Of a stretch of 64,000 nt of DNA, positions 1-8,200 are shown piece by piece (positions within the stretch are counted from its first letter, which is position 1; the number at the start of each line of letters is the position of its first letter). The translations under genes were made by a program, and so were the position numbers. A model generated the notes under the pieces. The model did not search any database. It was given only the letters and a program-made list of their open reading frames with translations, and had not been told where the DNA came from. This DNA is from Coriobacteriaceae bacterium (GTDB taxonomy: Bacteria > Bacillota > Clostridia > Oscillospirales > CAG-272): contig CAVEOF010000003.1 of the NCBI GenBank assembly GCA_963617165.1, positions 11,070 to 75,069 on the forward strand. Direction: 5' to 3'.

Positions 1-61
1 AAAATCTCGGTTGTCATCGTTTGATCACCTCGCCTTTCATAGTGTAAGTGTTCATGCAAGT

Positions 62-2167
62 TCAAACCCATTCGGCATAGTAAGCGATAATAACGTCCTC
101 CCATGTTGTATGATCATCAATCCGCTGTGCAAGCAGCCCGGGTGCATCATCCCCGGTAAAGGCTGTGGAGTTGCTTGATGTTAAGTCCACCTTAAGCTCT
201 TCATGTGCGTTTGACAGGCTTGGGTCGGAAAAGGTAAATGCAAAGATCTTTGTAAGAACAATTCCATTCGAACCGTAAGAGCTCTCCGAGACACTTCCGA
301 TACCGATACGGAAAGAAACAGAGTAAGGATAAAGGTCTGCTCCCACGTCAAACGGTCGTGTTGTAACGTCAATGTAACGCCCGTCGTCATTCGTGGGTGA
401 GGGTATAAGAAATGAACCGTTAAACTTCCAACCGTCACCATATCCCGAAGCTCTGACGGCGTAGTGAATATGAATAGCTCCACCGCCTCCCGTTCCCTTT
501 AACGCGTAACGATTATCCGCGAATCTCTTAGCAATCAATTGATCGTCGGAGGGCGCATAAGTAAGCTGATTCGGCGCTGCAATCTGTCCGTTATCTGTGC
601 GCATAACAACGCCGAATTTGCCTTCGTTTCCTGTACTACCTTTTACATAGCTGTCTCCGGTAGAATTCGCTATATAGAAGAGCGTCCCCGACGTGGGAAC
701 ATTAAGCTTATTTACCTTGTTGTTCAGTGCAGTAGCGTTGCTTGTGATTCTCGCAGACAAGCCGCTTTCTGCGTCGGTGGCTCTGTTCTTTTCTGCGTCA
801 ATAAGAGCCTGAAGGGCTGCCGACGAAGTGCCGATACTGCCGCGAAGATCTGCGAGGGTGGTTTCGGAAATTCCGCTGTTGATGGCGCTCCACTGCGCCG
901 CGGTGAAACCCGAATTGTTGAGCTGATATTCTTTTCCCCACGAGGTGCCGTTCCATTTATAGCGGGTATAGACCGTTGTTCCGTCGGTGGAATTCCGATA
1001 AAGGAAGGCGTAGTCATTCTTCTCGACATAATACTTTGCCGAAGAGGCTGTCGTCTGCCAGCCAAGATTTTTGAATTCCGTCTCCGTCATGTCGAACGTC
1101 CCGCGGAAGGTCGACGTCGCCGTCGCGACGGAAGAGTTGACAAACGCTTTTGACGCGGCGGCGTTGTCCGCACTCGGGGTGAGAGGTACCAAAATGTCGC
1201 CGTTTGTCGTACGGGAAGGAATCACCCCTTGCCTAACGGCAGACGGTGACATCTCGAAAGCCGTCTGCTTACCGTTCGGATAGTCATCGCTTATTGCAAG
1301 AACTCCGTAAACTCTGGCTGTGTTGCCCTTTTCAGGCGGGTCGATCAGAGGCGGGGCGTCGCGTCTGCGGATCAGATCCTCGGGATTTTTCGGTTCTCCC
1401 TTGGCATACACGGTTCCGTCCTCCCGAACGGCGAACACCCGATCGACCTCAAACAGATCATCGACATTTGCGGGCGGGTTCTCCCCGAGAAGCGTCTGAT
1501 AGTCCCGCGTCGGCTCTTTCGGCGTTTCCGCCGTATCAAAGGGAAGCTGAACGAGAGAGCCTTTTTTTCCTCCGTTGCGGATATTCAGATCCGAAGGGTC
1601 TCCCGTATCGCCTTTTTCGCCTTTTTCGCCCGTTTCCCCCTTCAGCTCCCCTTTGTTGTAGGACGCCATGACCTCGGAGAAATTTTCGGCGTTGTTTTCG
1701 AGAGACTGAAGTCTGCCCTCGTATTCTTTGACGTCGTTGATCATCTCGACAAGAGCGGAAAACTCACTGGTAGACGCAAGGTTGATCGAAGAGATAACGA
1801 CCTCTTTGACCTGCATCGAGAAGATCGGAGCGAAGAGCACCGGGGCTTCCGCACCTTCCGCGCCTCTGCTTCCCGTGACCGTCAGCTGACAGTCGAAGGT
1901 TCCGACGCAGGCGGTCGTCTGCGCCGTGACGTCGTACAGGATCGTGCCCGTCGACGCATCGATCGTGCAATTGTTGACGAGGGTTGTCCCGTCGGGTTTT
2001 ATCACGGAAAGAAAGCAGGAGCAATCGCTCGTCAGCTTGTACGGCTTTCCGCCCTCGGTGAGGACGAACACGATATTTTTCGCCGTATCGTTTTTGTTAA
2101 ACTTCAGAAGCGCCTGCGAGCCTGTATCTCGGATATCCAGTGATACCCTGTAATTTGAATAGTTCAT
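62..2167 (-). CDS. Tail fibre / receptor-binding protein. N-terminus resembles the BppU-type baseplate-upper domain; has a collagen-like G-X-Y run.
   Basis: ORF 62..2191. Start preferred at MNYSNY (ATG 2167) with AAGGAG 8 nt upstream. GELKGETGEKGEKGDTGDP triplet repeat. Last large gene of the late operon. Confidence 0.6.
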   Translation of the reverse strand: MNYSNYRVSLDIRDTGSQALLKFNKNDTAKNIVFVLTEGGKPYKLTSDCSCFLSVIKPDGTTLVNNCTIDASTGTILYDVTAQTTACVGTFDCQLTVTGSRGAEGAEAPVLFAPIFSMQVKEVVISSINLASTSEFSALVEMINDVKEYEGRLQSLENNAENFSEVMASYNKGELKGETGEKGEKGDTGDPSDLNIRNGGKKGSLVQLPFDTAETPKEPTRDYQTLLGENPPANVDDLFEVDRVFAVREDGTVYAKGEPKNPEDLIRRRDAPPLIDPPEKGNTARVYGVLAISDDYPNGKQTAFEMSPSAVRQGVIPSRTTNGDILVPLTPSADNAAASKAFVNSSVATATSTFRGTFDMTETEFKNLGWQTTASSAKYYVEKNDYAFLYRNSTDGTTVYTRYKWNGTSWGKEYQLNNSGFTAAQWSAINSGISETTLADLRGSIGTSSAALQALIDAEKNRATDAESGLSARITSNATALNNKVNKLNVPTSGTLFYIANSTGDSYVKGSTGNEGKFGVVMRTDNGQIAAPNQLTYAPSDDQLIAKRFADNRYALKGTGGGGAIHIHYAVRASGYGDGWKFNGSFLIPSPTNDDGRYIDVTTRPFDVGADLYPYSVSFRIGIGSVSESSYGSNGIVLTKIFAFTFSDPSLSNAHEELKVDLTSSNSTAFTGDDAPGLLAQRIDDHTTWEDVIIAYYAEWV

Positions 2168-2250
2168 AGATCGGTTCTCCTTTGTGAACATGATACCACA
2201 CGGAAGGCGGGATCTTAAATCCCACCCCCGTGCGTTTTTTTGGCATTTTA

Positions 2251-5200
2251 TCAGAATGCCCCGAAGATCTTTCGGATGAGCGGGCGGAGGTCTCGATCGA
2301 TATTCTTGATCGGCAGACCGAAGAATTTCGCAAGCGCGCCGATGATGTCGGAGACCTTCCTGTAGGGGGACTTCCGACTGCTGTCGATGGACTGCAAGGC
2401 GCGGATGAGATCCTTGAAGAGGCTCATATCCAGTCGCGAGACATCGTACCCTTGGAAGAGCGAAACGATGTCCCGCAGGACGGGGATGTAGTTGAACGGC
2501 ATGATGTCGTCGAGGAACGAGTCGAGCGCCGATTCTCCGTATTTTTCAAGATAGGATTTCTCGTCGTCATCGTCTCTCCACGCGTACACCACCGCTTTCA
2601 AAAGCGAGTTCAGCACGATGGAAGCCAAGACCGCGCCGCCCGTCTTTGCGACGATGCCGGCACCTTTCGCGCCGCCCGTTCTCTTGCCGTTCACGAAAGC
2701 GTCGAGCATCATGTTCGCGGTGGTCGTCGGCTCCGCCATGAAGGCGGTCGCCATCTTCATGAGGCTGTTCTTGTTCCGCATGTTCGCACTGCGGGAAAGA
2801 ACGGAGTCATAGACCTGCGTCAGGTCTATCACGTCGGTAAAGCGTTTTCCCGCCTCCGTGAGAAGTTCTTCTCCGACGAGTTTTGTCGTGTCCGCCACCC
2901 ATGCCTTCGTCGCGTTCCAGATATGGCACCATGTGATCTCGTCCGCGAGGGCGGGCGCCCGCGAGAGCACATCGTCACGGTACGAGCCGTCTTTGAAAAA
3001 GGCTTTCAGCTTGTTTCGGAAGCCTTCGTACTCTTCGGACTTCGCCCACTCGAGCGAGCTTCGTCCCATGCCCGTGTCGAAGTACCCCATCTCCTTGATG
3101 CCCGCGACGGGCGCGTACTTCTTGCACTCTTCCCACGTCTCGGCGTGTTTCTTGAAATTCAGCTGTTTCAGGGAGGTTTTGATGAAATACCACGGGGAGA
3201 TGTACGCCATCGCGCGGCAGATCGCCGACGGCTGCTGAATCGTGACGGAAGCGGACATAAACACCGCGCCCTTCTTCGCAAGTCCCGTCAGCTTATCGAG
3301 CACGCCCGCGTCCTTGACTCTGACGCCGCCGTTCAGCTCGACGAGCAGATCCTTGATGTAGGTATTCGCCGCGTCGCCGCAGGTGTTCGCCAAGGTCGTG
3401 CGCACGGAGACGTCTTCGCCCTCGCCCCGCGCCTTATACTGCCATACCCGGTTGAAGTCCTCGAGCGGGAGCGTGAAGGCGTGATACATGGACATCTCGT
3501 TGCAATGCCCGACCCACACGTCGGTGAAGTTGCTCATGATGATGGGATTGTTCGCGCGCGGGGCGGTCGACTTCGTGAATCCCGCGTTCTTGATCTTCGC
3601 CTCTCCCTTCACCTCGTTCTCGGTATAGAGGAATTGCCCCGAGGACTTCAAGGGGAAGTAGTTCTTTTCTTTGAAGAGCTTCACGCCGTACATGGCGAGC
3701 GCGACCTCGTTTCCCTTTTCGCCCATGACCTCGGAGAGATACGCCTGCATGATGTCGGCGTATGCCTTTTGCTCTTCGGTGAGCGTGTTCAGGATCTCGG
3801 CGATCGTCGCCTCGGAGAGACGGTAGGCGCTCTTGTCGTTGACGGTGTACTTCATGGGAATCCCGAGCTTGTTCTTCTCCACGACCTCGATCGCGTCGTC
3901 GAAGACGATGCCGCCCTTCGTCAGGTGGTCGATCGCCTGCGGTCTCTTCGAGTAGGCGTAGAGCGAGAGGATCTGCTCCAAGGTCATGTCGAAGGTCTTG
4001 CCGCTCTCGGAGGTGAAGGTGTACTTCTTTGCGTAGTCCCATTTTGAGACGCCGTACGCCTTCTTCTGTTCTCTCAAAAAGTCGCGGGCGGCGGCAAAAT
4101 CCTTGTACCACACGGACTGCCCTTCGCGGACATTCTTATATAATTCCGTCAGGGTGTCCGAGCCGATCATGCGCATCGCGTAAATGGGTTTCAGGTTGTC
4201 CCATCCGAAGTTTTTGGTGATGTATTCCCAAAGTTTGGAGACCTTCCCGCGCTTGCCGTGCGTCTTCTCTGCCTGTGTCATGACCTCGGAGGCATACCAC
4301 TCGATCGTCTTCGCCTTGTCGAGGTGAAACGCCTTGTTCGCCTGTCTGACGGAGGTCAGGATCATCTTGTAGAGGTCATAGACCGCCTCGAGTTGTGCCA
4401 TGGTCATATCACGGATCGCGGTGTCCCCGACCTTGCGGATCACATCGTCGAGCTTGCCCTCGATGACCTCGTCGTGAGAATTCGCGATCAGCGGGTCGTC
4501 GGAGTTGATGATGTCCGCATAGGCGGCTTTGAGCTTTTGGAGCTTGCCCTGCATCGACTCGCCCTGCGCGGCGATACGGTTCCTTGTCTTGGTAAGCTCT
4601 TCGAGCATTTCGGGGTCGGTGGTCTTTTTGATCAGCTCGTCGTACTTCGCGACCCGTGCGTCCGCGCCGACGGTGTCCATATTGATCGCGTCGAGCGCCT
4701 CGGCGACGACCTTCTGCATACCGATCAGCACTTTATTCTTCGCAAGGTAGGCGTTCAGCTCGGCGACGATCTTCTTGACCTCACCTCTTGCCGCCGTCCG
4801 ATTCCGTCCTTCGATGGCATTCTTGCGGGATTCTCTGTTCTTGCGAACAATTTCGTTCACGGTTTCTGCGGTCTTCTGTCGATATTCATTTAGAGACTCG
4901 ACATACTTTTTCGCCTCTGCGCGCTTTGCCTTCGCCACTTCCCGCGAGAGAACATTCCGAAGTGCCTCGGACGCCTCGAGACGGAAAAGCTGTCTGTCGT
5001 ACTTCGTGATCCTCGCCTCGATCTCGCTCGCCGTACTTTGAAGCGAGCGGATCTTCTCGGTGTCCCTCGCGCCTTTGGCAAACGAAAGCTCTTTGATCTT
5101 TGCCCGGGTTCTCGAAAGCCGTTCTTCTTCCTGTTCCATCAGTCCGATCTTCGTCTTGTACTCATTGAGCTTTTGCCGCTCCGTCTCGTTCTTTGCGACC

Positions 5201-8200
5201 GTCCCGAGGGCGTTCGCGAGAAGCGTGCGGTTGGAAAGGTCTTCTCTCTCCGATAATTTGGAAAAACTTTTTTCGCTTTCTCTGTTGACATTTTCGGAGG
5301 TTTCGGATATAATATTAGTAAAGTTAGTCGTTGAAAGGCGAGCGGGCAATTGCAGCCCGTGAGTAGCCAACAATGTGCTAACTCTTTTTTTATCCTTCGA
5401 GTAGTATAAAACCTCGTCATTTTCTATCGCATACTCTACCAAAGATTTCGTGCTGCGCCCATAGGCGCTCGCGACAAAATTTGTATTCAGCCTGATAGAA
5501 TCGCCCAGCTCAACATCCAAATAAGTACCGTCCTGATTTATCCATACGGGTATAATCATTTCGCCCTTACTCGTCTGAATGTCAGTGATTGCCACAACGC
5601 TCTCAGCCGGATTCGTTTTTGATTTTACAATCATTACAGGGTCGGCGATTGCCTGCGGTATTTTCTTGATAAGCTCTGCACTCATTTCGGAATGCTTAGA
5701 AAGGATTTCCTTTACTTTTGAATTTCTCATAAGTAAAGGTTTGTTTTCAAATCCTATATCAAGCAATACTTGCGGCGTTTTTCCCACATAGAGGTCATAG
5801 TTCGGATCATGCCTGCCCGCGAGAACATCGTCAATCTGCGAAGAAAAACTTCTCTCGGAATACCGAATATCCGGGTCGGCGGTCGGCTTCAGGTTGTCCA
5901 TCCGTTTGATCTGATTGGAATCGAACGCGATGTATTCCTCGCCGCCGTTGTTGACGCCGTCATATCCGAGGCTCTCGAGGTATTCTCTCGCCTTGACGCC
6001 CGCGTTGTTCTGACCTTGGAATTTCTTCAGTGCCCGATATGCCTCCGACTCGCTCGCGGGATTTTTGATATTCAGATAGTACGCGCCGACATTCTCGCCG
6101 TAGCCGCCAGCGTCAATCTCCCACGGACTGAAGAACGACCCCTGAATATCCATGTTGGCGCGACCTTTGGCGCGGTCGAATACGGTGAATTTCTCCGAAG
6201 TGCCGTGATATACCACGAGCAGATTTCCGTCTTCGTCCCGGATCTTGGAATCCTTGAAAAACGCCTGCTGTTCGCGGGACAGGGACTCGCCTTCCGAGTT
6301 GCGGGGGGAATACAAAGCACTTTTTCCGATCTCTCCCTCGGGTCTCGCATCATATCCGTAATGCTTCAGCACATCTTCCGGAAGCACATCCGGAAAATAC
6401 CTGTTGACATATTCGAGAAGTTGTGCTATACTAATAGTGGAATCCGTAACGGGGGGTTGAATCCCCGGGCGCACTGAGCGCAGCGGATTCTCTTTTTTTG
6501 CATTAATCGCGTAGAGTACATCCATGGAAGCGAGCTCGTTGCTGAAACGATTGACAACGAATCTGACGGCGTACATTTCCCCGTTCTTCGCCGTTGCCGT
6601 GCCGATCAGCACATAACTTGACGCCGCTTCCGCTTTGCTCGGCACCAGTTCGTTGATCTGAATGGCGTTTTTCAGGATTTCTCCCGCGGCAAGCGTCACG
6701 CGGGCATAGGCAGCAAACCGTCTGTCGAGTCCGTGCTTGAGTCCTTGTGTCGAAAGAACCACATCGGTGCCGATGTCATCGACATAAACGCTCACGCTCC
6801 CGTCTTTGGTGTTGAATTTCCCTATCTTGGCGGCGTTTTTCTTGGCGGCGGATATGACATCGGCTCGGTTCTTCGGCACGGTATCTTCCAAAACGGTAAT
6901 TTTCATGTCCGGCTTTGAGACGAGAGAGTCATAGGTGTATCTATCGGATTGCTTTTCGGAAAAACTTTTTTCGCTTTCCCTATTGACTTTTTCGGAGTTT
7001 TTGTGTATACTACCCTCAGAAGCATTCTTGTTATAACTGTCTGCGTTATCTGCTTTCAGTTCACTGACCTGAGTGCTTCTTCTTTTTAGCGTTTCCGAAA
7101 ATTCCGTGTTTTTGCTATTGACAAATGCTCTTGCTTTGCGTATAATAGTATTAGAGTCAAGATTCGTTATAGCGTTGGGGAATTGTACCCCAAGGCTCAC
7201 TGACAAGTCTTGGCTTTTCTTTTTATCCCAATAGAGAACCGACTCGCTCTCCGCAAGTCTATTGAGAAAGGATTGAAAATTATTCCGACCGTAAGCGCTT
7301 GTCATAATGTTTGCGCTAATATGTGCTTTGTTCCATCTTCCGACACCGTTCAACATAATCGCGGCGATAACCGGTCTGTTCTCCGAGTCAATCGCCTCTG
7401 TTACGATGACAATGCTATCCGTTCTCGTGAAACTGTCTGCAATCATTACGGGAGACGAAATATATTCCGGAAGTTTTTTGACCACATCGACATCAATCCC
7501 GTGTCCGCCTGCGGAAACGATCTTTTTCAGATGTTTTGCGGTCATGAGGATTGGGAGTCTCGGCAGCCCTGCATCCAAAAGTAATTTCGGCGTGCCCGAC
7601 AATTTGAGATGGGTACTGTTTGTATCGGCACCGGAGAGAACATCATCGACCTGTGAAGAAAAACTTCTATCGGAATACTGAATACTCGCGGCGGCTGTCG
7701 ATTTTATATTGCTCTCCGCCTTGCGGAAATTCTGCAAGGCGTCGACGGCGGCGTCGGCGAAGATGTCGCGGATCGCCTCGACGCGGGTGAGCGTGTCGGC
7801 GGCGATGTCTCCGAGCAGGCTGTTCGCACTCTGCCCTCCGTAGTCGCCACGAAGTCTGCTTATGATTATCTTAAAGAAATCGACAATTTTCTGCAAAAGC
7901 GTCCGATCCGTCTTCGCGAGGCGGTCGGCGACTCTCGAGAGTGCGTCGGTGTCCGTGAAGATCTTCTCCGAGCACTTCGCCACGACCTCCGAATAGGCGA
8001 TGTCCCGCAGTTTGCTCTCCCCGAGATTCTTATACTTTTCCTGTTCTCTAAGCCGAAGGATCTCCTCGGTCAGCATGGAGGACACGGACTTTTGATCCAT
8101 GCCGAGTTCCTCAAAGAGGATGTCGGCATATTTTTTGAATTTTTCGGGGCTGAAGTCTTCGATGAAGTGGACAAACTCATGCGTGACGGTATAGGCGACG

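Noticed and set aside
2230-4047. Long plus-strand ORF (605 aa) antisense to the giant gene. Other long antisense ORFs include 13657-15423, 16137-17327, 18842-21004, 20994-22688, 40473-41681, 51885-53834, 53545-55680 and 59185-60903.
   Set aside because: These are typical stop-codon-poor antisense frames of GC-rich coding DNA. Their products are Arg/Gly/Val/Asp-rich, have no motifs and no RBS. The opposite strand carries clearly recognisable genes.
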